From Iphione sp. A-MEVVRFRX5 (taxonomy: Eukaryota), in the NCBI GenBank assembly GCA_976226885.1, contig OZ320313.1, positions 74,958,001 through 75,022,000 on the forward strand: a stretch of 64,000 nt of DNA, read 5' to 3'. The translations under genes and the position numbers were made by a program. The notes under the pieces are model-generated. The model was given only the letters and a program-made list of their open reading frames with translations, ran no database searches and was not told the origin of the DNA. Below are positions 53,622-63,951 of the stretch, in pieces; the stretch's first letter is position 1, and each line of letters begins with the position of its first letter.

Positions 53622-54200
53622 CTGCCTTCCAAGACACTATTTAACAGCTGTACGGTGTTTCCCAGTCATCAGCAAGTGCGCTTGAAACTTCGTTGCTTGC
53701 GCCCCATTCACAACTAGCGTAGCCACGTGTTTAGAGAAAACAGTTGTCAGGTAGACTGTGCCAGATAGCGAGCTGTGGAATTTCCAAACGCGATCTGGTG
53801 CATTATCTATCGCACACAGACTCCTTCAGTGAGCTACTGTCATCTTGCACCGAGTCCTTCACCTCCTTTTGAGAACCAGACCGCAGTGGTCAGTGGGTTG
53901 TCGCAGCACTGTATGTGACTACACAAATGGCAGCCGGTCCATCAGTCGATAACGTTGGAGGGGCGGTGCGCACAAGGCACTGAGCTCCTTGGAGGCGGCG
54001 CAGGCTGCTGCGAGGGTGGCGGTGCGTTTGGCCACAGTTCGGACTACTCGAGCGGTTCCCTTGGCGGCCAGCGGCCGACTGAAGCCCCGCCGGCTCTTTC
54101 TCGCCAATACAACCGCCTCCCCACCACCGTCTCCTACAGCTTCCCGCGGATAAGAGCAGACGACTCCATCCATACAAACTACCCTAGAGGTCGCGTCAGT
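53622..54200 (-). promoter_or_regulatory. CpG/GC-rich island ending at a consensus donor; possible non-coding first exon
   Basis: GC-rich against the AT-rich background; GCAG|GTGAGT on the minus strand at 53622/53621; no ATG-led frame reaches the donor. Confidence 0.35.
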
Positions 54201-55952
54201 TGTACATAAATTGTTATTTTCTAAGTCGGCTCCCGTTAAAAGTATCCGACAAGATTATCTCTACAGGCGGCCTGTGGAGCACGTTCATGATGTACTTGAC
54301 AATACAAAACTTAAGCTTTAGCTTCCAATACGAAGTTCGTTGAATGACTGAGTTTAACCACCTGCATTCAGACCAAATGTCACGCGGTCTTCATACTGAC
54401 ACATCGTCACATGCGCTAGTCGTGTAAGTAGTGTTGGAAATTGGACATTTTTACATGGTATTCAATATTTAGTCTCCTATACTATTGTTGTTGAAAAAAA
54501 ATACAGTAGTGTACTTCTAGAGGAATAGAAAGTAAGAGTGTCTCTGAAAGTGAACGGGAGCGTGTGGGTTGAGAGTTGATTTTGTTGGTGACGTCTCTGT
54601 CTAGCACAGGTCCCCTGATCTAGAGGTTCCAGGCGATGTAGATTCAAGCCGGACCGTTTGGTCACGACCATGCAGACAGATTTAATGGGCCCTTATCCAA
54701 GAGTGGTCCACAACTTGCTCACAGTGTCAGTACGTTTTACATAAAAATTCACAGAAATATATTTGCAATAAGAGCCGGGGACAATCTGGAGTGTTTTGGC
54801 ATCTTAAATTGTATGTAAAAACTAGGTGAGGGACATCCTAATGTAAAAACCCTAAACATATTTGCAAAAAAATAAAATAGCTGCGCTGGAATGGTGAGAT
54901 TATTATACACTTCTTTTCCATCAGTAAATAGCAGTAGAAGAGGTCCTATCAGCATCCTGATGCAATGCATTCAATAGCTGGGTTACAGACTTACGCCCAG
55001 TTCCATGTGTATAGGTTATTTCCAGATCTTGACCACGGACTGCGTGGCACAGAAAAGAACGGTTCTGTGACAGACTACAGGTTTTTTTCCATGTGTCCAT
55101 GTCTGTGGTCCATGGTCCATGGTCCAGAGGAGCCTGGAGATGGAAAAAAAGAGGTACATAGACTATATCGAGGTACATAGACTATATCTAGATGGAAAAG
55201 TTGAAACAAAGAAGAAAACAAAATCTAGACTAGGTAACCAGACTCAGCTGGTTGTTCGAAGAACAAAGAACACAATATGTGAAACTTTCTAAAAGAGGGG
55301 ACAAAACTATGGAATACATTACCGGCTAGAAACAGAAATTGTGACAATCTTGTAAAGTTCAAGGAAATTATGTCCTATTGTCCAGTTGAAATGTTTGTTT
55401 CACATCACCATGTCCCTGTCTTCAAACCTTGTACTAGTACGAGATGGCATGACAATAAAAGATTTTATTATTATTATATATGGGAAATGTATTTGGACAC
55501 ATGGAAACAAGGCTTTACATACATACACACTTACATAGTAATAAGGCGATCTTTCAATGTATACGAAAACATCATACGAGGGTGTTGAGGGTATGGATAA
55601 TCCCGGAATGGTGTCCTTGGCATCTTTTCAGGCATATGTAGTGAGCAAAATAGACAAAGGGACCCCTTGCAGTATTGCTGAGAAATGGTATTGTTGAAAA
55701 TGAACTAACTACACATGCTGATCTCTCTGCACTTTCCCATTAGGGTATGTGTATGTACATGTTTTTCACACACACAGAACTGGTGCACGAAATGCCAGCT
55801 CACTGTATCCTACTGAGCCCTACCCATGTGTACATATATTTTACACATCATGAGATGTTAAGTACATGTTGATACGAGAGGTACCGATATTCTCCAACCC
55901 AGAACCATGTATGTGGTGCATTATTGGTACATAATATACCATATTAGTTCTC

Positions 55953-56536
55953 AACCATCCCCCTAGGGGTCTCTTTGTCTATTGTATTCCTCATGTATGC
56001 ATGAAAAGGCATTTTCCGTGACATGCATGGTCATGCATACTTTTCAGATCTGAAACTGGTCACCCTCTTTTGGCTTATAATTTGGATTCTCCTGCAATGC
56101 CAGCCCCAGCTCCAAGTATGACTTTATTGTACACATGGAAAGATGGCCTAAAGAGGGTGAGCATAATGTTCTGTCCAAAGTGTTCTTTTCATTGCATATA
56201 TTTGGATGAGGCCTTCATTTTTTTTACTAAACGTATTTGTATAATAACCATCCCCCTAGGGGTCTCTTTGTCTATTGTATTACTTATGTACGCATGAAAA
56301 GGCATTTTCCATGACATGCATGGTTGTGCATACTTTTCAGATCTGAAACTGGACACCCTCTTTTGGCTCATAATTTGGATTCTCCTGCAGTGCCAGCCCC
56401 GGCTCCAAGTATGACTTTATTGTACACATGGAAAGATGGCCTAATGAGGGTGAGCATATGTTCTGTCCAAAGTGCTCTTTTCATTGCATATATTTGGATG
56501 AGGCCTTCAGTTTTTTACTAAACACATTTGCATAAT
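55953..56536 (+). repeat. Tandem duplication, ~293-bp unit x2
   Basis: AACCATCCCCCTAGGGGTCTC at 55953 and 56246; the copies differ by scattered substitutions. Confidence 0.92.
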
Positions 56537-57470
56537 TAACTACCCATTCTCATATATACCTTGACCCTAATCAACTCGGCAGCACAGAGCAAATCGTGGA
56601 ATAGTGGCAATAAAGCACCTTTTAACACCAAGTCACTGAAAAGTTCTATGTGAACCAAAACTAGGCCCCCCCGATCAAATCGCTTCTTTTTAATGATTTT
56701 GGCGGCATACAAAAATAAATGAAGATATCTTTTCCTAATAGAACTACATTCTATCAAGGCAGTGATCTGTTTCAGATAGCTCAAATTCAAGGCACATAAC
56801 TATGTCTATTAATGGGAAGACTTTTGTTTTATGTCAGTATTTGGATACTTTTTTGAAAATAACTGGCACCACCAGGTAGGCTGTGGATGGAATCAATAAT
56901 TCGTCAATATATATATATATCACTATCTATGATTTTATGATACAAAGACGAAATTCTTACCCCTCCCCCCCAAGTGATAAACCATCAGTATCAATGTATT
57001 CACATTGAAGTGGAACTCACGCACTGGCAGGTTTTGTTGGAATCTCAAGCCGCCTTAGGGCCAGTTTCCATACTTAAATTTTAGGCCAGTTTCTATACTT
57101 AAATTTGTGCATGCGTCTGGTATTGTGTTGTTCATTGACTGAAACAATGCGTTGGAACACAGTGGGTGTTCTTTTATTTGCGTTTGTGTTGCCTTGTATC
57201 GCATTGTTTACTGCCATTTATTACCAATTGCAGTCATTTAACCCATTAAGGGCGGACAATGCCCACAGGCACTCCCCGCATACTCCCGGATAATGCCTGC
57301 AGGCACTCCCCGCATAGTCCCAGATAATGCCTGGAGGCATTATTTAGGCCATATTCTAAGGTTATTGTCATATCTTTGGTAATATTTGATGGATTTTAGT
57401 GATTTTTTGAAGGAATGGGCAGTGAGAGTGTATGAGTTGACTGAGCTGGAGACAGTAACCAAGCGTTGCT

Positions 57471-57602
57471 ATGTACGCTACTCCCTAGGGGATTGCAAGG
57501 TATTACGAGACGCAGACAGACCCGCCACCTGTTGTTTTGGCCTTGAGGCCGCTGCGTGGATATATTTAGCACATAGGTGATCACATTCGTTGCTTCGCTG
57601 TC
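57471..57602 (+). repeat. Split direct repeat A1
   Basis: Matches 61658-61789 with 1 mismatch; contains a TATA-like GATATATTTAG. Confidence 0.95.
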
Positions 57603-57636
57603 GTACAGGCCACTTCAAAAATAAGTGGCCGCAACA

Positions 57637-58614
57637 ATGCCGGACCCCAAGTCAGGTATCACCGAGGAGGAAGGCGAAATTCTGGTCAAAATGCTTGAGA
57701 AGATGAAAGCCATTGAGGACCGTTTGGACAAATTGGACCCCAAGGAGCCCAAGGAGTCCAAGAGTTCCCAAAAGACCAAGAAATCCTCAACCACGACGGT
57801 GACCACCCGGGCTGCCGCGGCCAAAATGGCCGAAGGTCAGTCGACTGCTGTGGCCGGTTCAAGTTTAGACGTACACGAGGACGAGGACAACAATTCGTCA
57901 CCTCCACCTCAACCAGCTGCCTTGAAAACTGAGGCAGCATCCAAGATACAAGAGATTTTCACCCATATGTATCCGGCAGCCCTTGAAACTGTAGGTAAGA
58001 AAATGGCTCGTCCGAATCCCGCCTCCTACATTGTTATGTCAGAGACTGATAAGCCGGACCTGAGAAAATTCACTTTTCCTCAGTATGTGTCCTCCACCAT
58101 GGGTATATTACTTGACCCCTCCATTGTATACCCTGCAGACATTATGACTCTCATCACTCACATAAGAGATACTGCAGAAGAGGTCCAGGCCAGCGGCTGG
58201 GCCCCGGTCAGGGAATGGCTTGTCGAAATTTGGCACCTTACTGGGAACGACAGGCTATCATGGCCAGATGCTCAACGTATCGAATCAATTAAACAACGGT
58301 GTATTAATGCTCATACCAGGGCCAGTCGTGAAGGCTCCACCCTACAGAAAGACTCAGTGGTTCCTTGCCCTGCTTGGTTCAGTGCAAAATGCACCGAGCC
58401 CTCAACCCATGTTGTTAATGACGTGACGTTCTCTCATATATGTCCGTTTTGCTTTCTCCTCCACAATAAGCAGCTCAAACACAAACTGGATCAATGTCGG
58501 TCCAAAAAGAAGGCCCAGCAGCAGAATCTACAAGACCGTCAACAGTCCAAGCCCTGGACAGCGAACCAGCCCAGAGACCAACGACCAGCACGAGCGGACA
58601 ACCAAGAGTGGTGA
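57637..58614 (+). CDS. gag: Gag-like protein with C-terminal Cys/His zinc-finger motifs
   Basis: Intact ORF from ATG 57637; CPAWFSAKC..H and HICPFC..KHKLDQC; first ORF of the element; homologous ORF at 62983. Confidence 0.88.
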   Translation: MPDPKSGITEEEGEILVKMLEKMKAIEDRLDKLDPKEPKESKSSQKTKKSSTTTVTTRAAAAKMAEGQSTAVAGSSLDVHEDEDNNSSPPPQPAALKTEAASKIQEIFTHMYPAALETVGKKMARPNPASYIVMSETDKPDLRKFTFPQYVSSTMGILLDPSIVYPADIMTLITHIRDTAEEVQASGWAPVREWLVEIWHLTGNDRLSWPDAQRIESIKQRCINAHTRASREGSTLQKDSVVPCPAWFSAKCTEPSTHVVNDVTFSHICPFCFLLHNKQLKHKLDQCRSKKKAQQQNLQDRQQSKPWTANQPRDQRPARADNQEW

Positions 58615-60439
58615 TTTCATCCGACTGCCAAGACGATGCAGATTACTTCGATGACTGGGCCGACAACCAAGACTTCCCCACAACTAATGACAATAATTCC
58701 ATTTCCAGATCACACCACCAGATGTTGGCCCATCGAATTTTCAACTGGCCTTTACATACAGCATACCTCCCCTCTGATCTGGCCGATACCTACTCTATAG
58801 TCAAATCCACTGGACTACCCAATTTTATGGAAGCAAGGGTGCTTCTGCAGTCTCAACTTAACCTTAGTAACTGGTCAGATATATTACTGCCATTAGGTGA
58901 TAAAGGTACAATATTCATAGATTTTTTAAAGCATGGCTTTCCACTTGGTTATACTTATGACATGCTGCCCCTCCCCGTGCCGTTGTACCCTACCGATCCC
59001 ACAGACGAAGCCCACATTACTAAATATGTATGTACTGAGCTTGCATGGGGCGCTATCAGGGGCCCGTTTGATCAACATCCATTCACCCATCCACAAGTCC
59101 TCAATCCTATAATGACGAGGCCCAAGAAAGATTCCCATGAGAGGAGAGTAATATTTGATCTCTCACACTCAGGTGTAAATGCTGGCATCCCAAAGAATGA
59201 CTATTATTCAATTCCCCTCAAAGTCACCCTCCCATCCCCATTAGACCTCGCTCATATCATCTCTACCTCCTCACACAAACCATACCTAGCTTCTCTTGAC
59301 CTCAAGCGTGCATATAGATACTTTCCTGTCGACCCCCTTGACTGGCCCCTACTCCCTTTCGTATTTAATCAGAATTTCTATCTGGATCTTTCTCTACCTT
59401 TTGGGACCCGCTACTCCTCTCTCCTCCTTCAAGAACTCTCATCCGTTATTGTCAACCATATCTCATGTAAATTCCCACACGTTACCCTATTTGCATATAC
59501 TTAGACGATTATGTCTTCATCTCACCCTCCTATTCAGAAATTTCCAAAGCCTTTTCCTATGCACAGCTTCTTATCTCAAATTTAGGTCTACAACTGGCAC
59601 ACGACAAGTGTGTCCTCCCCACACGAAACCTAACCTGGCTTGGTGTCACATTTGATACCAACACACATACCATGTCAATCCCTCAACAGAAAATCCAAGA
59701 TCTCATACAATCTATACAAAATATTATTTTCCTCCCTTCAATTCCCCTTAGACAGGCTCAGAGTGTGGTCGGGTTAATCAATCATATAGTAAAGTGTTCC
59801 CCACCTGCCTGCTATTTCATCAACTCCATCCTACATGAGATACGCCAGGCTTCATGTCGCGACTCCTCATCTGTTTCACTTACAGATCCAGTGAAAAGAG
59901 ACTTGAGATGGTTTCTTGTATTTCTCCCCCATTTCAACGGTGTACGCCTCATCACCCCACCAGTAATCAGCGATGTTATATATTGTGATGCCTGCCTTGT
60001 AGGCATGGGGGCATATAACTCAAATCATTACTATACTCAGTCCACCCCCCCCTCCCTAGCTCATCTGCACATCTCTCAGCTGGAGGCGTTCAATACTGCC
60101 GTGGCGATTCATCTCTTCATCGGACCTCACAACCAAAACTCTAGGATTGAAGTAATCTGTGATAATAGTGCCACCATTTCAGTTCTTAGCACAGGCAGAT
60201 CCAAGGATTATTTCTTATCCAGAATTTTAAGAGCAGTCTGGTATCGAGCGGCCAGATTCAATGTTTCCCTGGTTTTTTCTCATCTGCCGGGAGAAAAAAT
60301 GATAACTGCTGATGCCCTCTCACGTCTCCCCACAGCTCCCAAGTACAGGGCAGTTGTTAAGAATTTCATTGCACAACACCCTCATATCATACGTCTTTCA
60401 ATTCCATCATCACTGATATCGCATATCTCTTCATTTTAA
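58494..60439 (+). pseudogene. pol: Reverse transcriptase-RNase H, frameshifted by a 2-bp insertion
   Basis: RPKKDS..RVIFDLS, DLKRAYR, LPFG, then GCA-TA-TAC-TTA-GAC-GAT (YLDD displaced by an extra TA at 59496-59497). Continues WLG..FD into RNase H motifs CDAC, LEA, CDN, ADALSR. Confidence 0.93.
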
Positions 60440-60529
60440 TTCCTTCCAGACCCCCACATCTCGGCGTGGCTTTCCTCTGCGCACCATAGACAGCGACAAT
60501 CAGTCACCCCCCGCACACACTCAAGGAGA

Positions 60530-61540
60530 ATGCAGCAGGCAGCACTAGCCGTGGCATTTTTTCACCATTATGATATGGATATCAAGAATCTTCACGTATA
60601 CCACATCCTTGTCTACATTGAATACCTAGTACACCTAGCCTATACCCCCTCCGTCGTTTCACAGTACATCTCTTCCCTATCATTCATACTACTACAATGT
60701 GATTTCAGCCTATCGGCCATCAATTCACCTAAGGTTTCCAACGCCCTTAAAGCAGTAAGACTAACCTCACAGCACACTCCATCCCAGAAATCCCCTATCA
60801 CAACATCACTCCTACAAAGAATCATTCATTACTGCAATAATCTTGGCCCATTGGGTACCTGCCTGAAAGCCATATTCTCTTTTCTTTACTTTTCCCTTGT
60901 CCGCCAGAGCAACATCTGCGCCAGATCTCTATCATCCTTCGACCCCTTCAAACAGGTAACTAGGGGTGATGTATCCGAGACATCATCAGGTCTGACCCTT
61001 GTCATCAAATGGTCAAAAACCATTAAACAGTCCGAACCTCGCACCATACATCTTCCCCGTTTGGATAATGCCATCTGCCCTGTGGCCCTGTTGCGAAATA
61101 TGTACCAGTTGATTCCCACCACTGACAATATACAGCCCTTATTTACAGACCCAGTCCATAAGGCCCCCTTTGACACTACCAGACTTACTAAGGTCCTGAG
61201 ATCCATCCTATCCCATTTGGGTGAGTGCCCTCGAGCATTTACTCTTCATAGCTTCAGGAGGGGTGGGGCCCAGGCCCTCCAAGAGGCGGATGCCTCAGAT
61301 ATACAGATAATGTCCCAGGGCACCTGGAAGGTACTTCCTTCTTCCATGCACTATACCAGCTCCACCATTGCAAGTAAAAAAGCAGCATCGAAGATGAAAT
61401 CCCTCCTGTCGTCGGCGAAACTAGCCTTTGGCCATATGGCCGTAATCCTCTCTCCCTTGGAGATCATCAGAGTTCATGTATATTCGCTTCTGTCTCTAGA
61501 GACAATATGTATTTTGATGTATTTCGACCTCAAGAGGTAG
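60530..61540 (+). CDS. Tyrosine recombinase (DIRS/Ngaro integrase); frame is open from 60440
   Basis: Catalytic-type motifs SLVRQSN (R), KWSKT (K), HSFRRGGA (H-x-x-R), GTW...HY (W, Y). Confidence 0.88.
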   Translation: MQQAALAVAFFHHYDMDIKNLHVYHILVYIEYLVHLAYTPSVVSQYISSLSFILLQCDFSLSAINSPKVSNALKAVRLTSQHTPSQKSPITTSLLQRIIHYCNNLGPLGTCLKAIFSFLYFSLVRQSNICARSLSSFDPFKQVTRGDVSETSSGLTLVIKWSKTIKQSEPRTIHLPRLDNAICPVALLRNMYQLIPTTDNIQPLFTDPVHKAPFDTTRLTKVLRSILSHLGECPRAFTLHSFRRGGAQALQEADASDIQIMSQGTWKVLPSSMHYTSSTIASKKAASKMKSLLSSAKLAFGHMAVILSPLEIIRVHVYSLLSLETICILMYFDLKR

Positions 61541-61658
61541 CTACAATTGTCTATTATGTTCCCAGAATTAAAAGATTGTCTTTGCCATTGAAACTTTATT
61601 GTATTATTATTTTGTGTTTGTCTTATTGTTATTTTGGGTCGGTTAGTAGTGAGTAATA
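61434..61658 (+). repeat. Split direct repeat B1
   Basis: Matches 61863-62088 with about 2 differences; contains ATTAAA. Confidence 0.95.
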
Positions 61659-61789
61659 TGTACGCTACTCCCTAGGGGATTGCAAGGCATTACGAGACGC
61701 AGACAGACCCGCCACCTGTTGTTTTGGCCTTGAGGCCGCTGCGTGGATATATTTAGCACATAGGTGATCACATTCGTTGCTTCGCTGTC
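61658..61789 (+). repeat. Split direct repeat A2
   Basis: Copy of A1 directly abutting B1. Confidence 0.95.
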
Positions 61790-61862
61790 TATGCCCACCC
61801 CCCCATTATTTCTTGTTGTTTTTTCCTTTTATGTATGCATAGTTTTCATTATTCTTCTTTGT

Positions 61863-62088
61863 ATATGGCCGTAATCCTCTCTCCCTTGGAGATCATCAGA
61901 GTTCATGTATATTCGCTTCTGTCTCTAGAGACAATATGTATTTTGATGTATTTTGACCTCAAGAGGTAGCTACAATTGTCTATTATGTTCCCAGAATTAA
62001 AAGATTGTCTTTGCCATTGAAACTTATATTGTATTATTATTTTGTGTTTGTCTTATTGTTATTTTGGGTCGGTTAGTAGTGAGTAATA
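61863..62088 (+). repeat. Split direct repeat B2
   Basis: Copy of B1, separated from A2 by a 73-bp spacer; forms the element's 3' end. Confidence 0.95.
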
Positions 62089-62214
62089 CGAGAGGATTCC
62101 ATTGGAATGCGTTGTGGTCCGAGCTCATCCATCGCACTGCAGGTGCGTGACTTGAGGAGGGCTAACCTATCGATTGTTGGAAGGAGATCGATATTTTTGG
62201 TGGTGATCGATACA

Positions 62215-62807
62215 ATGGCTGAGGAAAATTGTGATGATGAATTTTCCAGTGGAGAGAGTGAGTGGGAAGACGACTTCCCACTCACTACATTGCTTTTGAT
62301 CGATGGAAGAAAACCAAGGGATAGTGAGAGCAGCTCTGAGGAGGAGGAGGAGAACGACAATAGTGAGGACAAGGCAGAAGAGCCACAAGCAAAGAAGGTA
62401 CCTGAACCAGAGAGAAAATGGGTGAGAATAACCAAGGAGCTCCCCAAAACTCCTCCTGTTGAGGATTTTGATGACAGTGATGTGGGAATCCAACCAGAAG
62501 TAGATCTCCAGAAGACCAGAACAATGCTGGATTTCTTCAGGTTGTTTTTCACGTTTGACTTCGTCAGGCAGCTAACAACTCAAACGAATGCGTATGCCCA
62601 GAGGCAGAGGGAAGCGGACCCCCAGAAGCATAAAAGTCGGTGGCATGAAGTATCTGAAATCCAGATATGTCAATTTGTAGGCCTTTCCATGCTCATGGGT
62701 TTATTGAAGAAACCTAGGATCAAGGACTATTGGTCTAGGATGTACGAGATACTGACACCAATCTTCAGTTGCGTCATGCCTAGGGACCGTTTCGTCCAGA
62801 TTATGAG
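62215..62807 (+). CDS. piggyBac transposase, first coding exon (open)
   Basis: Acidic N-terminus; FFRLFF..QTNAYA; FVGLSMLMGLLKKPRIKDYWS; MPRDRFVQIMR followed by the donor AG|GTAAAA. Confidence 0.85.
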
Positions 62808-62982
62808 GTAAAAATTGCTTGATTTGTTAGCTACTCCCTAGAGGGATCGCATGGTATTACGATTGAAGATATAGAGTCGCCACCTGTTGTGGTTGACCAG
62901 TAGCAAGGTGACCGCTATATTTAGAATATGCATTCGCTGATTTGACTTCGCACGGGTCAGACGTTACTAAGCTGCTACAGTC

Positions 62983-63951
62983 ATGCCGGACCCACAGAAA
63001 GGTATCTCGGAGGAAGACGGTGAGATACTACTCAAAATGCTGGAGAAGATGAAATCTATTGAGGACCGTTTGGAACGCTTGGAACCGACTGAACAGAAGG
63101 AATCCAAGGGGAAATCCAAGAAAAATCCCACTCCAGCCGTCACCACACGGGCTGCCGCGGCCAAAATGGCTGAAGGTCAGTCCACCTCCGCTGCCGGTAC
63201 AAGCACACCCGTTGGTGAAGACAACTCAAGCGACTCACCACCACCACAGCCAGCCGCTCTCAAGTCTGAGGCTGCATCGAAAATTCAAGAAATATTCACC
63301 CACATGTATCCTGCTGCTCTTGAGTCTGTAGGTAAGAAAATGGCACGCCCGAACCCAGTGTCATATGTCGTTCTCTCAGAGACTGATAAGCCAGACCTAA
63401 GGAAAATTTCCTTCCCACAGTACGTTTCTGCTATAATGGGTATGCTGCTTGACCCCTCAATTGTCTATCCAGCTGACATATTAACTCTCGTTAGCCACAT
63501 ACGTGACACTGCAGAGGAGGTCCAAGCTAGCGGATGGACACCGGTTAGGGACTGGCTAGTTGAATTATGGCATCTCACTGGTAACGATAGGTTAACATGG
63601 TCAGATACAGCCAGAATTGAGTCCATTAAGCAGCGCTGCATTAATGCTCATACTAGGAGTACACGAGATGCCCCAAGCCAGCAAAAAGACTCAGTTATCC
63701 CATGCCCTGCATGGTATACAGGCAAATGTAACGAAAACTCTGCCCATTTGGCACACGATATTTCTCTGTCTCACATTTGTCCATTTTGCCTTTTGATTCA
63801 CAATAAACAGCTCGAACACAAATTAGACCAATGCAGGTCAAAGAAGAAGGCCCTCCAACAGAATCAACAAGACCGTCAGCAGCCCAAGCCCTGGTCGAGC
63901 ACACAGCAGAGAGATCAACGCCAGCAGCGCCAGGATCCGCAAGAATGGTGA
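62983..63951 (+). CDS. gag: Gag-like protein of the second Ngaro-type element
   Basis: Intact 322-aa ORF that aligns end to end with the 57637 gag, with the same Cys/His motifs. Confidence 0.88.
   Translation: MPDPQKGISEEDGEILLKMLEKMKSIEDRLERLEPTEQKESKGKSKKNPTPAVTTRAAAAKMAEGQSTSAAGTSTPVGEDNSSDSPPPQPAALKSEAASKIQEIFTHMYPAALESVGKKMARPNPVSYVVLSETDKPDLRKISFPQYVSAIMGMLLDPSIVYPADILTLVSHIRDTAEEVQASGWTPVRDWLVELWHLTGNDRLTWSDTARIESIKQRCINAHTRSTRDAPSQQKDSVIPCPAWYTGKCNENSAHLAHDISLSHICPFCLLIHNKQLEHKLDQCRSKKKALQQNQQDRQQPKPWSSTQQRDQRQQRQDPQEW

Larger units (their letters stand above)
57470..62088 (+). mobile_element. Ngaro-type tyrosine-recombinase retrotransposon (DIRS order), structurally complete
   Basis: Split direct repeats A1-ORFs-B1-A2-spacer-B2; gag, RT/RNase H and YR ORFs; no methyltransferase seen; no conventional TSD. 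Confidence 0.93.
57242..62824 (+). mobile_element. piggyBac transposon 2 (5' part), interrupted by two Ngaro-type insertions; continues beyond the window
   Basis: TTAA (57238-57241) followed by CCCATTAAGGGCGGAC; 34-bp subterminal tandem repeat at 57258-57341; transposase exon at 62215-62807. Confidence 0.8.

Noticed and set aside
53890-54209. Three overlapping ORFs in the GC-rich island
   Set aside because: Expected by chance at high GC; none has a motif or reaches the donor.
58495-58515. -1 ribosomal slippery site at TCCAAAAAGAAG
   Set aside because: Only five A's, and it is not conserved in element 2 (TCAAAGAAGAAG).
57615-63164. Antisense ORFs over gag, pol, YR and the piggyBac acidic exon (e.g. 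57615-57824, 62073-62552, 62967-63164)
   Set aside because: Shadow frames of real plus-strand coding sequence; their similarity between elements follows from gag homology.
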